DNA of 64,000 bases from Yuukianura sp. NJ FZ-2021 (lineage: Eukaryota). Under the pieces are notes generated by a model. That model was not told the DNA's origin, did no database searches, and saw only the letters and a program-made list of their open reading frames with translations. The stretch spans positions 558,001 through 622,000 of the forward strand of contig JAJCTO010000011.1 of NCBI GenBank assembly GCA_046563655.1, given 5' to 3'. Both the position numbers and the translations under genes were made by a program. How positions within the stretch are numbered: the stretch's first letter is position 1; the number at the start of each line of letters is the position of its first letter. This document shows positions 27,598-38,532 of the stretch, piece by piece.

Positions 27598-29545
27598 TCA
27601 CATCAGGTGCTCGAAATGGCCTCCATTTTCTTGGAGACAATGGTGGAGTCGCATATAAAACGATTGTCTTACGTTCTCCATCATTGTCGCTGTTATCTGT
27701 AACCTAAAAAATTTACGAATTGCTCTCTTCACGTCCATTGGAGTCAGAGGTGAGCGCTCGCTAGTATTTTAAATTCCCGCCCGGACCACGCCCGCTCTGA
27801 TTTTCGCCCGACCGCGCCCGCGCCCGATGGGCAAGTGAAAAAAAAATCCCGACCGCCCATCGGGCACCCGAAATTCCCCGATGCCCGAAACATAAAATGA
27901 CGCATTGCCAACTCTTATGGTTTTATTGTAACTTCCGGGGCTTCCCTTTTTACTAAATAAATACTCATATCAATAGCTAGATATTATTTAATGTTGGAGT
28001 GGATAAACGTTAATTCTTTTGATAAACTACTTTAATATAAAAGATAATTTGTCTTCTATGTTTGGAATTCTCAGTTCAACCGGGTTTTAGGGGGCTTTAA
28101 GAGTTCCACGCGTGGAAAGTGGCGATGCAGATCTGGAAAAATTATTTTACCCTTTGATTTTCACGTGTACCTTTGCACTTCGGGACTATTTCGGGCGCCC
28201 GATTCCCGCTCATGCCTGTGGCCGCCCGCGCCCGTCCCGCCCGAAAAACCAAACTGCACCGCCCGCCCGTCCCGAGACCATGGGAATCCCGAAACTTCGG
28301 GAGTATTTCCGGGAATCCCGGTCGGGCGCTCACCTCTAATTGGAGTCTCAGGCCGTTTTGGAACCAAAATTTGCTGTCGCATGTAACCCCAGCCGAAATA
28401 ATCGAGCGGCGCGAAATCCGGACTCCTTGCGGGCCAGAAGATCGGTCCGCCGCGCCCGATCCATCTCCCCGGGAACTCATTGTTGAGCTCATCTCGCACC
28501 AAGCGCGACCAATGAGCTGGAGCCCCGTCTTGCTGGAACCAAATATCGGCGGGGTTAATTCCCTGTCGTTGAGAGGATCTGTAAATTTCCGGAAATGCTT
28601 GATTTTGAAGCATCGCAAGGTAGGAATTGGCGTTTATGTTTCCAGGGAAAAAGAATGGCCCAATACGCTCATCGCCAAAAAATCCAGTCCAAATGTTTAG
28701 CTAAAAATTAGAAAGAAAGAAGTTTTGTCTCATTTTTGTTTTAATTTTTTTTCCAATTTTTCTTGCAACTATTTTTAAATTTTTTGTTTTAATTTTTTTT
28801 TCAATTTTTTTTTCAATTTTTTGTTTAATTTTTTTTTTTCAATTTTTTTTTCAATTTTTTTTTAATTTTAATTACCTTTGGAGCGCCTTGTGCTTTTAAC
28901 CCTTCACACCAGAGTGGGTTTTCTTTAGCCCAATAGCGGAAATTTTGCCGATTGAATTCGTCGTTAAGAAAAATTGTGGCTTCATCACTGAAGACAATTT
29001 TGCGCAAAAAATTTCGGTCTTGATTAATTCGGTCAATCATTGTTTCAGCAAAGTCAACCCGTTTCTGATAATCGTCTTCGTGCAGTTGCTGATGAACTTG
29101 AAGCTTGTAAGATTTGTAGCTATTTTCTTTGAAAATCCGTCCCACAGATCTTTTCGAAATTCCAGAATCAAGAGACAATTGCATGGTAGAAACATGCGGG
29201 TTAAGGTCAATTGCTGCTAATATGGATGCCGACAGGTTCTCATTTGTCGCTGGTTTCTTTTTTTCCTTGGCGATTTTGTTTGCGACGGATCCAGTTTTTT
29301 CAAATATTTCCACGATTCGCTTCACATCTTCAGCTTTGGACATTGGATGATTAAAGGAGATTGGATCTCCATTGTAACGATGCATAATTTCCGTGAAATT
29401 TTCGTTGGAGTACATGTAGCGGAGCTTCACAATAGCAACACGCTGCTCGATGGAGTAGGGTACACGCTTAGTCGCCTGTCAAATTAACGAAACGCTTATT
29501 GGTGTGGGTCGGGCTTAACGTAAATTTGTAATTAAACCTTACCAT
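27598..29545 (-). pseudogene. DD41D transposase (about 367 aa when reconstructed), interrupted by a hAT MITE
   Basis: Exons 29545-29543 (ATG only), 29475-28876, then 28700-28339 plus 27736-27598. Motifs FSDEA, FQQDGAPAH, WPARSPDFAPLD (41 residues between the 2nd and 3rd D) and C-terminal GGHFEHL. Frame is intact once the MITE and one TSD copy are removed. Confidence 0.92.
27745..28338. mobile_element. Non-autonomous hAT-type MITE (594 bp) nested in the DD41D transposase
   Basis: TIRs CAGAGGTGAGCGCTCG / TAGAGGTGAGCGCCCG; perfect 8-bp TSD ATTGGAGT at 27737-27744 and 28339-28346; GC-rich CCCG subterminal repeats around an AT-rich core. Confidence 0.93.
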
Positions 29546-32179
29546 TTGAGAAGAATTGATGGAATGCAGGAATTTACTTTTCAGTTTTGAGTGTACGATC
29601 CACGTTCCAGGTACAATTTTTGAAAAACCCGCTTCGTTCAGTCTTTTAACTTAGTAAAACTTGTCAAATTAAGAATTAATTTAAGCTTGCGGAGGTGGGG
29701 AGCGGAATTGCATGATGGGATCGGCCGTTGGGCTCGTTGTCGGTTGCGCGCCTAACCATTCCCGCGCAAAAAGAGGGGGAGAGGGAAACTTCCTCTCCCC
29801 CCATTCCCAAAACAAATGCGCCTCTATGTAGTCTTGCAGCTCGAAGTGTTTCATTGCTTCATGGCTTTTGAAAGGATTTAAAATTTTATACCCGGGTACT
29901 AACTTTTTACATTTTGAGAATGCGCCAAACCTCTTCAGTCTGTGAAAATTGGGTATCACGTTTCCAAACAGATTTGACTCCTGTGCTGCTGATGTATTCA
30001 TAATGTACCATTTACTATCATGGTAAACTGAAATGTTAAAAATTATAAATTCCACGGTGTTATTATTGTTTGCATTTGGACTGTATAAATTTAGCTTGTG
30101 AAAAAATATAGCCGGTACTCCACTATTGAATACTCGCGGAATATTAACTACGTAACGAGATTTAGGACGATTGATATGGTTGAAAATATGAACATGTATA
30201 CCAAAGTATCTTGGAAACTTACCGCCGTATTCTTCAACACCAGAATTTATCTCATTCCCATAGTGCGATTGAAAGCATGAATTCAATGGCCCTTTGTATT
30301 CCTGATCTCCATATACAGTGGTTGGAAATATGAGAAATATTTCCAAAGTGTTTAGTTTACCAAAAATATGCAAGTTGTTGAAAATTTCTTCACCGGAGAA
30401 AAAACCTTCGCAAATTCCATGTCTGCTCCACATGTAGTACGATTTAATGGGAACAGCAAAACTTGAAGTAATTTCAAAGTGCTCGTTTTCAGCAATTACC
30501 AAGTTGTCAGTGTGTGGAAACTGATCTATCAGTTTATGGAGATTCCGAATACGGAAAGGTTGTTCTGATGTTGCCGATGCAAGAAAAGTTAAAATCAAGT
30601 TTGCAAAAACCAGTAACAGGCACATGGTTTATAGAATGAAGGTGTGAACTTAACCAAGGTTGGTAAACAAGCAGATTGTTGATTTCCAGAACAGGTTATT
30701 CAAGAAGGCAAAGTATTTAATTTTTTAAATAATTCGCAAAACTGGCTTTCCCGTGCCTTTCTTTGTTAATGGTTTGTATGTAATGTAATGGGAATTGTTT
30801 CAAAAAATTGTTTGCACCAAGATTTTTGAAATTCCCAAGGTATTGAACAACCTGTTGTAGGAAGTTCAATTGGTTGCTATAGCAACCTTGATTCTAAGGC
30901 AGAATGCTTCTTATTCTCTGAAATTTACTCGCGGCTTCACGTCCGAGAAAAAATTAACATTGGCTTGAAGACTTCTTGGTGAAACTCGTATTAAAATTAA
31001 TTCTGTAAATGTATTTGTAAATAACGGAACCGTAAAAGCTTTTAGGCCGAATCCACTGCGCATGCAATCACGAAATGATAAAGCCAGTGTTTCTAATACC
31101 TTGTTCTATAAGAAGTTTCAAACTACAAATTAATTTTTAATGTGTAGGTTTAGTTCAAAAATTAAAAGGTTATAGAAATTAAAAACTAATGTTCATACCA
31201 AATCAAAAATAGAAATGGTTGTATAAGTTTAAAACATGTCAAGGCTTTTGTTTTTTGAATTTTTTGTAAGTAAATGCCAACATTTGATGGAAATTAACGG
31301 TATTGAAGTAGATTAAAAGAATACAGAAACTGAATTCGCGTAACTAACAGTAACAACTAACAATTTAACATACTGAAATATAGTTACCTACCTATTTTCT
31401 CTCAGTAAGACACTCACTTATCAGACGCATCCCGATATTCTCGAAACAGCTGCAAAGTACGAAAATTTAAAGTTTCAGGTTTAAATTATACATTTTTAGA
31501 AGTTAATTCATACATATTTAACGTTCAAGTTTTTCAACGAATGTAAAACCAAAAGTCACTCAAAAATCATTCACAGCAGAATTCCGGTGCGAATCCTGTG
31601 GGGTATGGAAGATTTAGTCATTCCAAAATTCTGAGCCAACATCAACGTCGTAGGTTCAAACTTGCGTTTAGGTTCAAACAAATGTTGTCAAACTCGGAAC
31701 ATTTACAATTTTGTTTGCATAACTCCACTTAAAGGTATTAGCAAAAAATTGGCTTGGAATGTCACCCCAAAGAAGTCTCTTAAGTAACAACTTCATCAAA
31801 ACGTCATTTAAATATGCATGAAGACTCGTGCCAATTTGGATTACCATGAATCAGATAAAAACCATTTCAAGAATATAGGTTAGGGAAAATTTCTGGTTTC
31901 GTGTACTTTTTTTTTGAAAAATCTGAAAATTTTTGCACAAACACCACATGGACCCCTCATAACAAAAAACAAAAAAAAAATTGACCGGAAATAAAAAAAA
32001 AATTGAATTTTTTTTTCTTCAAAATTTTGATAAATTTTTTGTTCTTTCGAATTTCTTTAAAATCGGTTTCTAGGCTAATTTAAGTATGCTGAACACGATT
32101 CTTAAAGAATTTTTCAAAACAAGGTAGGGCAATGCTCAAGGGTTGAGCATAGGTCTTCTGCGCTGAAACATTTGCGCTG

Positions 32180-32420
32180 AAACATAAGCCCCATCGCAAT
32201 CGGGTGGTTATCTATGGCTCAAGTGTTTTTAGTAGGTCTACATTGTACTTAAAGTCGTACATTAACAACGTAGAAGTGGGCGGCTACTTTACATACCCGC
32301 AGTATCGTGGCTCCGCAAAACGGTTTTGGAGATGGCAGTGCTTTTGGTTTTGAAAAGCTTAGGTTTTGATACGATACAACCAAAGCCATTACCTTCTCCA
32401 AAAAAAATTGCAACACTTAA
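32180..32420 (+). pseudogene. Internally deleted, frameshifted paralogue of the gene at 32983-33708
   Basis: 32331-32420 aligns closely with 33623-33708 (GATGGCAGTGCTTTTGGTTTT.AAAAGCTTAGG.TTTGATAC...AAAAAATTGCAACA) with a frameshifting GATAC duplication. 32190-32305 aligns with the reverse complement of 34160-34275. Confidence 0.75.
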
Positions 32421-32772
32421 TTACTACCATGACGATGTTCTGAAAGGACATGCCTTTTGGAGGACTTGAAAATATTCAAATTGGATTTCAAGGCTGGAGT
32501 TTTTATTACTAAAATTCAAATTACATCGTTGAATTAATTATTTAGCCATCTTTGGCTTTTACTTCATGAGTAGCTCAGTACGTTGCTACAACTGATAGTA
32601 CTTATGCAGATTCAGTAATTAGTATTCATTAAGCTTGAAATAAAACTTGAAATTAATAAATTACAATATTGGCTTATTAGCATCCAAATTACATTACGAT
32701 CTGTAAGAAAACGCGGAATTAAAATGCATTTTTTTGCCACCAGTACAGACTTTTATTGGAATAATCTGTTAA

Positions 32773-32844
32773 GCGCAGTGTGGCTGAATGGTTAAACGCC
32801 AAGTGACTTAATTCCACTTAACATCCAGGCGTGGATAAAATATC
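32773..32844 (+). pseudogene. Degenerate tRNA-Leu(TAA)-like sequence or tRNA-derived SINE head
   Basis: A-box-like TGGCTGAATGGTTAA; stem AAGTG/CACTT around ACTTAA; decayed B-box region GCGTGGATAAAA. No intact T-arm or acceptor stem. Confidence 0.35.
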
Positions 32845-32982
32845 AAAAAAGTGGACATCCAACAACACTCTTTCTTTTGTCTTGACTTCATCACCTCTTC
32901 TCAGTTCAGCAGGTTTATTTTTGGCGCATTTCATCCCAATTTCTCATTCAGGTCAAATCTGAAACAGTCTCAATTTGAGGTA

Positions 32983-33708
32983 ATGTTTTCGCACAGTTGG
33001 AAATATCTACTTGTCGCCTTAGGTACGCTGTGTACAAGAGGCGTTGAAGGAAGGTCATGGGCGGTAGATGACATTCAGGAGCCCCAATGCGACAATTGTC
33101 GCTGTCTCGGTCAAAGTTTACCAAACAACCACAGTGCACTGCAGAAGGCTCTGAGCAAGGCCAAGTACCATATCATGAATAGTCAACTTGGAGCATTTAT
33201 CGACAGCCTGTACATGCGAGGAGTACCAATTTCCAGTGATGCGGACTTGGACTCGACCTGCTACGGATCCGATAATGGTGTGATGCGCGGTGGAAGGCTG
33301 TCTTACACTTGGATCTATGGAAACGTTAGAGTTGGATGGACATATCAAATAGGACAAACTTCAACCGAGCCAATACGCTGCATCGAAACGGTTTACGTTG
33401 GAAACAAACCTTCCGTTCACAATAACTGTGGCTTTCGACACGTAATTCTGGCAAAGATGAGCAAGAAACATTCTAAAATGTACGACGACTTAGTAGGTGA
33501 TGGATCTACTTTGCGTGCAATTGTCTGGACTGATGGATCAGCTGTACTTAAAACCCTTTGCTACTCTGGAAAAACTGTTTACTACGTCGAATCTCCCAGG
33601 AAGCGGCTCAAGAAGAAAACGAAGATGGCAGTGCTTTTGGTTTTAAAAAGCTTAGGCTTTGATACCACCAAAACCATTACCTACTCCAGAAAAAATTGCA
33701 ACAAATAG
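32983..33708 (+). CDS. Secreted Cys-containing protein (241 aa, single coding exon), possibly a divergent lipocalin/calycin-fold protein
   Basis: ATG 32983 starts a signal peptide (MFSHSWKYLLVALGTLCTRGVEG). C-terminal IVWTDG..LC...YYVESPRKRL....AVLLVLKSLGFD recalls lipocalin SCR2/SCR3 plus helix. AATAAA near 33849. Fold call is inference. Confidence 0.75.
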   Translation: MFSHSWKYLLVALGTLCTRGVEGRSWAVDDIQEPQCDNCRCLGQSLPNNHSALQKALSKAKYHIMNSQLGAFIDSLYMRGVPISSDADLDSTCYGSDNGVMRGGRLSYTWIYGNVRVGWTYQIGQTSTEPIRCIETVYVGNKPSVHNNCGFRHVILAKMSKKHSKMYDDLVGDGSTLRAIVWTDGSAVLKTLCYSGKTVYYVESPRKRLKKKTKMAVLLVLKSLGFDTTKTITYSRKNCNK

Positions 33709-33899
33709 TTTGCTACAAAAGAAAGGATTTGTAAGGACATGCGCTTTGAAGAGTGGTTACCGTTTTTTGCGTCTAGGAATACGCGGTTCTTCGCTTATGT
33801 GTAATATGTTATAAACTTTAGATAATTACACCAATTTATTAGCATTACAATAAAACCTGCCTATTAATGGCGTTTTTTTTTGTTGATGGATACACGACT

Positions 33900-34388
33900 T
33901 CAATCAAGGCAACTAAGTAAAAAGACGCACCGCATTACTAAGGTAGTCTCACGAGCGGTTTTTTCAAGTTTTTTGGTGAGATTTTTTAGTGGGGCGGATT
34001 GTTTGTTTTTAACATTTCTCTCACAACGTTTTCCTTCCCGAAATCGTTGGATACAGTACAATGTAAATCCGTCCATTGTAACCACCGAATGCTGCCAATC
34101 ATCGGACCGGTGGTTTAGATTGGTTTCAGGATTGGAAATGGAATACAATGACGACAAAACTACGGGTGCGTAAAGTGGCTGCCTATTTCTACGTTGTTAA
34201 GATAACACTTTGAGTGCAATGTAGACTTAATGAAAACACTTGAGGCATACATAACCCCCCGAACAGAATGGAGCTATGTTTCATGGCAAAAAATCCTAAA
34301 AAGTGTGACGAACGGACAGAGACAAAGTCGTATCAATAGTCTTCTTCAGCATGTCGTAGACATTCGTCTCCAGCAGACTACTAATACC
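33900..34388 (-). pseudogene. Degenerate inverted paralogue of the secreted lipocalin-like family
   Basis: Translates in pieces as VMYASSVFIKSTLHSKCYLNNVEIG (compare CYGS..GGRLSYTWIYGNVRVG) and VVTMDGFTLYC...PLKNLTKK (compare IVWTDG...PRKRLKKK), with stops and frameshifts. Abuts the transposon at 34391. Confidence 0.55.
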
Positions 34389-34636
34389 TACCCACATAGC
34401 CATGGATCTTTGGGAGTTTTTTGGGCCAAATAAAATTTTAGATGTTTGGGAATGAAAGTGTTTTGTCTGCGATCCCAAGTGCGGCCCAAGTGGGACTTCC
34501 CACACTTCTCCCAACAATGTTTGAAACTGGTCCGAAATAGTTCCACACTTTCCAACTCATATCTGGTCCTTATCCGGATTTGAGATGAGGCCCTAATATT
34601 GAAAAAATATTCGTCCGGACTTAGGTCCCTTTAATA

Positions 34637-36315
34637 CCCAAGCCGCAAGGTTTGGCCTATTTTGTTCGGGCCAAGTTCGGTTTTTGTTTGGCATACATGG
34701 GAAACTCTGGCCAAACGGCATTCGCAAAATAAACTGGATTGGCCCGCACCCGGGCACTGTCAGGTCTGGGAGGGCCCACTTCCAAATTAGTGGGCCAATA
34801 AAGTGTATAGGACGGGGACCATTGAGTATGTGCCCCAGACAAGAGCCAAAGCTGGGCCGCTTCCATTACCCAGCTGCATTTGGCGCAGAATTGGCTAGAG
34901 TCTGGGCCAAGTTTGGAAAGCGTGAGTAGTGACATGCGCGGTGGGCGGCAGGTGGGGGTTTCACTTCTGGCGAGAAATAACTTTTTCCCTCCAAAAGTTT
35001 TACTAACTTTACAAAGGCTGTTTTCTTTTAATTTCTGCTTCTCTTGTTCTCGTTTGTCGGGTAACTAGAGTTTTTAGTTTTCGCTGGACAGAGTTTTCAG
35101 TTAACATGTAACTTTGTCATTACATGTCAGAAACATTATTAGAACCGTTTATTTTGTCAGTGACATGAGCAATGAGCTCAGTTCCTCATAACAGCAAAGC
35201 AGTTGTCCAGTTTGACTCAGACGATGGATCTTCGTTAGCAGTTATAGCATCCACCTGGCTAACGGAAGATCATACAGAGTGTTACTGGCCTCCACCGTCC
35301 ATTAATCCAACCAAAGTAGCACAAAGGAAAACCGATCCATTCGATAACCCAAAAAGGATCTGGTCACTTCAACGCTGTACAGTCTTAAAGTACTTTGGTA
35401 AGTAATTTATGAATTATAGATACTACATGATGCCAGTAATGTTGAAACAATGAATACACTATAAATCCCATCATAAGAATTTGAGGCTAACAATGTATTT
35501 CTTTTTTTATTGTTAGTTGACTTCTGGAAGGCACAGAGATACTGCGAAAGAGCAACGAAAACTACCGATCCGGAAGCAACTGACTGTGAGCTTAGGTCGA
35601 AACGGAAACGTACGTCGAAGAGATTGGATTTCTCTCCGTCTCGATCTCCATCTCCTCAGAAACGACTCGACAGTTCCAGTTCCAGTGAGAACGATCAACC
35701 AAAATACACCACTCCGGTTCAGAATTATGGTAAGCAACAGTATTATTGTAACTATTGTAACTAGCGATGGTTTCATATTCTACTGAACAGATAAAGTTAA
35801 TGTTAAAACATAAAGGGGTCAGTGTTATGTGTTACACAGTTATGGATTGCCTTATTTCTTTTTCTGTTTAGGTGGATTGACGGAAAAGCAATCGTCACAA
35901 ACTACGCCTAAAGCATTGGGTCAAGCCTTGTCTGATCGTCCCACTACTTCTACAACTGCAGAGGCCACAGTTAAATGTTAATGTTAAATGTTAATTTAAT
36001 GTTATAATTTAATTAAATTTTTAATAAAACAAAAGTATTGGTTTTCAACGTGATTTATTTTTGGACCAATTATGGAATAAGAGGAGAATGCTTACTTGGG
36101 CCAGAGTGGGATTTTACCGGAAAAAGTATTTCGCCTAAACAGGGCCATAATTAGACCGGAGTGGCCCGAGTGCGGGCTATTAGAGGCCGCATTCACGGGC
36201 TGAACCTGGGTCAGAATCTTGTCCCCTTCTTGCGCCGCGCGACATTTCCACACTTGGGCCAAACATTTGCCAAGCCTTGGCCCATTACACTTTATTCCAA
36301 ACCTTGCAGCTTGGG
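34637..36315 (+). mobile_element. Non-autonomous CMC/EnSpm-like element B nested in element A
   Basis: 19-bp TIRs CCCAAGC(C/T)GCAAGGTTTGG; 2-bp TSD TA (34635-34636, 36316-36317); GGGCC/GGCCC-rich subterminal regions. Confidence 0.9.
35172..35981 (+). CDS. Transposon accessory protein (182 aa; N-terminal domain of the type found in DUF4806-family proteins), exons 35172-35397, 35517-35729, 35872-35981
   Basis: AVVQF...LAVIASTWL....CYWPP motif, then DFWKAQRYCERATKTTD and a Ser/Arg-rich basic segment. Canonical GT-AG introns keep the frame. AATAAA near 36023. Confidence 0.7.
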
Positions 36316-36662
36316 TATTTGTTGATGTGGCCCATTAAATTTTTATCTTTTGGGCCAATTGTCTTTTCGCATATCAAAATAAATAATTGATACTCGCAGG
36401 AAAATTTTACATGGAAATACTTTTATTTCACAATAATGTACTAAATGGGATACAGGCATAATTAACTCGTGTTCTTGAGTTCTTATGGCTATGCAACATA
36501 ACACATTTTCTCTTTAACATACTTAAAGTACCTGTGCCTAGCTTTTTAAATCCAACGACTTTGAAAATCTCTAACTCAGAACTTTTTACAGGATAATTTT
36601 TTAAATCTTTAGCAATCGCTAACTTATAGTGTATTATATATATAATTGGAATTACTTTAAAC

Positions 36663-37290
36663 CTCGAAATTCTTCCACAAATCCGGTAAACTCAGCCCAT
36701 GTTGCAATGATGCATGCAGAGGTTTCAATGTTTCCAGTGAGGGAAGTACCTGTAAATACAATCGGGTTTAGTTATTAGACAGTTCTTACAGCAAAGGATA
36801 TAATATTTTGCAGTTAGTTGTCATATTAAACAAAAACATTTATGATATTTCCTTCTGTCACCTCGTCACCTTGTTCTGGTTCCTCTGAACTTGTATGTGG
36901 TCCACGATTACGAATATCGTTTTCGATATCACTGCGTTCACTTAAAGGTCATCAGTTACGAGCGCTCGCTTTGCCAAACGGACTGCTTCCTTCCTGGTTC
37001 CTAAAAAAGACGACACAACTGATTAGATATTGCTGATTATTTACATTTAACATTAAATCTAAATAACCCTGTTGAAAAGTAAAAAAATTGTACTTACTGC
37101 CTCCTGTTAGTTCAATACAAGGATGTACTGGCCATGAATCCAATGGAAGAGCGCACTTCTTTATCAATTGCTGAGCAGTTGGACCAGTTGGAAAGCGGCA
37201 AAAGGTTCTGTCGTCTGACAACCAGCTAGAAGGAACTGCTTCCACCACATTTTCTAACGGAAAACTGACAACCGAATATAATCGATCCAT
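36663..37290 (-). pseudogene. Degenerate accessory gene of element A (same family), exons 37290-37098, 37000-about 36851, 36749-36663
   Basis: YSVVSFPLENVVEAVPSSWL....CRFP motif. Exon 2 RTRKEAVRLAKRALVTDDL is followed by a stop/frameshift near 36943, and its donor appears mutated. Confidence 0.65.
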
Positions 37291-38532
37291 GACTGTTAAA
37301 CTAAATAATCTAACCAAAAACACTGAAATGAGCTCCTAACGGAAAAAGTTTGGAGTGTGAGCACGAGGAAGGTGGATGTTGCGTCATCCTTCTCTGCATT
37401 TTCATTTTTTGGTGATTCCCGCACTTGGCCCAAACAAGTGTCATTTCACTCAAAAAATATCGGCATAGTTTAAATGGCCCAAACTTCCCATGCCGTAATA
37501 CACCCAGGAGTACTCACACCAAGCTTGGGCGAAATACTAGTTTTGGAATATAACCCGGAACAGTATTTACCAGACAAATATCGCAAGTGGACCATACTAG
37601 TTCGAAAATTTTCGCCCAGAATAACGAATGATCCCAGACTTATAAATGGCCCGGACATTTTCCGATTAAAAATGTCCTCAAATATCCGTAAAAGTTATTT
37701 CCCCGAACAATACTATATTTCCCAAAACTCTCCCAAATTATGCTGGCTATGTGGGTAACCTGACCTAATCTTAATTAGAATCAAAAAAAAAAAAATTTCA
37801 AAAAAAAATTACAAAACACCTACATCAAAATTATGATTGAGGGTGAGGGAGGGTCTTACGATTTATGGAGTAAAGTGCTGGTCGATTTCATAGGACTAAT
37901 GGCGTGCTTCGTTCCACCACCACCACCACCGAATTTCTTAGGCCTTTCAGATGATTAGTTGGTCTCATGTAGTGTTGTTAGGTTGATTCTCGTTGATGTA
38001 AGGAAGAGGTGCATAGAACATCATTGTAATGCTAGTTACATCAAACAACGTTGTACCAATATGGTCAATTACGTTGTCACTCCAGCCGTAATAACCCTAG
38101 AGGTGTAGACGTTTAATCTAGTACTTGGTGGTACCAGGTTGGTATTGTACTGTGAGCACTGGTACAACAGAATGATGCTAAAACTTATCAACATTGTTGA
38201 GGTTACAATGGAGTCGGATAATTCTGTCGTTCAACCAAGTTTGTTTTGTATGAATTTGCGGTTTTGCGAATAACTTAGGTTACTAACTTCCCTACCTTTC
38301 GCTTTCACTACCGTACTTATACCTACGTATTATTTATTGATTTCAGGGAAGATAAGTGTTTCTAAGCGTTTTCCTGTGTTCTTTCAATTGAGGTCGACTC
38401 CGATAATCGTAGTCCGATTATTTATAAAATATTTAAAGTTTTATTTAGTAAGACCGGACAACCAAACTTTCGTGGTGCCTTTCTGAAACCAGGATAAGGT
38501 TCAATATTTCAATAAGCGTAAGGTTCAATAAA

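Larger units (their letters stand above)
27392..29828 (-). mobile_element. Tc1/mariner superfamily DD41D (rosa/Visitor-type) transposon, full length
   Basis: About 36-bp TIRs CATAGAGGCGCATTTGTTTTGGGAA(G/T)GGGGGGAGAG with one mismatch; TA target duplication at 27390-27391 and 29829-29830; internal transposase gene. Confidence 0.95.
27128..30625 (-). pseudogene. Divergent ionotropic-receptor-like membrane protein gene disrupted by two transposons
   Basis: Removing the element 27392-29828 and one TA joins ORF 30625-29829 in frame to 27389-27128 (..HFELQDY|IYLLLYKLK..), giving 353 codons. N-terminal signal peptide; FLTCDG...FEIYTKPYDSYFW resembles the pre-TM1 'PF/YD...W' motif of divergent IRs. 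The rest of the gene is lost at the Harbinger insertion. Family call is from motif recognition. Confidence 0.7.
34391..37755 (-). mobile_element. Non-autonomous CMC/EnSpm(CACTA)-like element A (outer)
   Basis: TIRs CCCACATAGCCA...TTTGGGAG..TTTTGGG at both ends; 2-bp TSD TA (34389-34390, 37756-37757). Carries an accessory-type gene, no transposase. About 1.7 kb without the nested element. Confidence 0.85.

Noticed and set aside
28112..28700. Several overlapping ORFs on both strands
   Set aside because: By-products of the GC-rich MITE end and antisense or alternative frames of the transposase exon.
32851..32982. N-terminal extension of the 285-aa ORF
   Set aside because: Starts at GTG and looks like an intron/UTR pyrimidine tract; the signal peptide begins at ATG 32983.
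34657..35068. ORFs in element B subterminal region (also 37470-37758 in element A)
   Set aside because: They lie in GGCCC-rich TE subterminal repeats and show no recognisable motifs.
37960..38200. Possible small minus-strand gene upstream of mRpS11
   Set aside because: Only short frames; no convincing splice model or homology that I can recognise.
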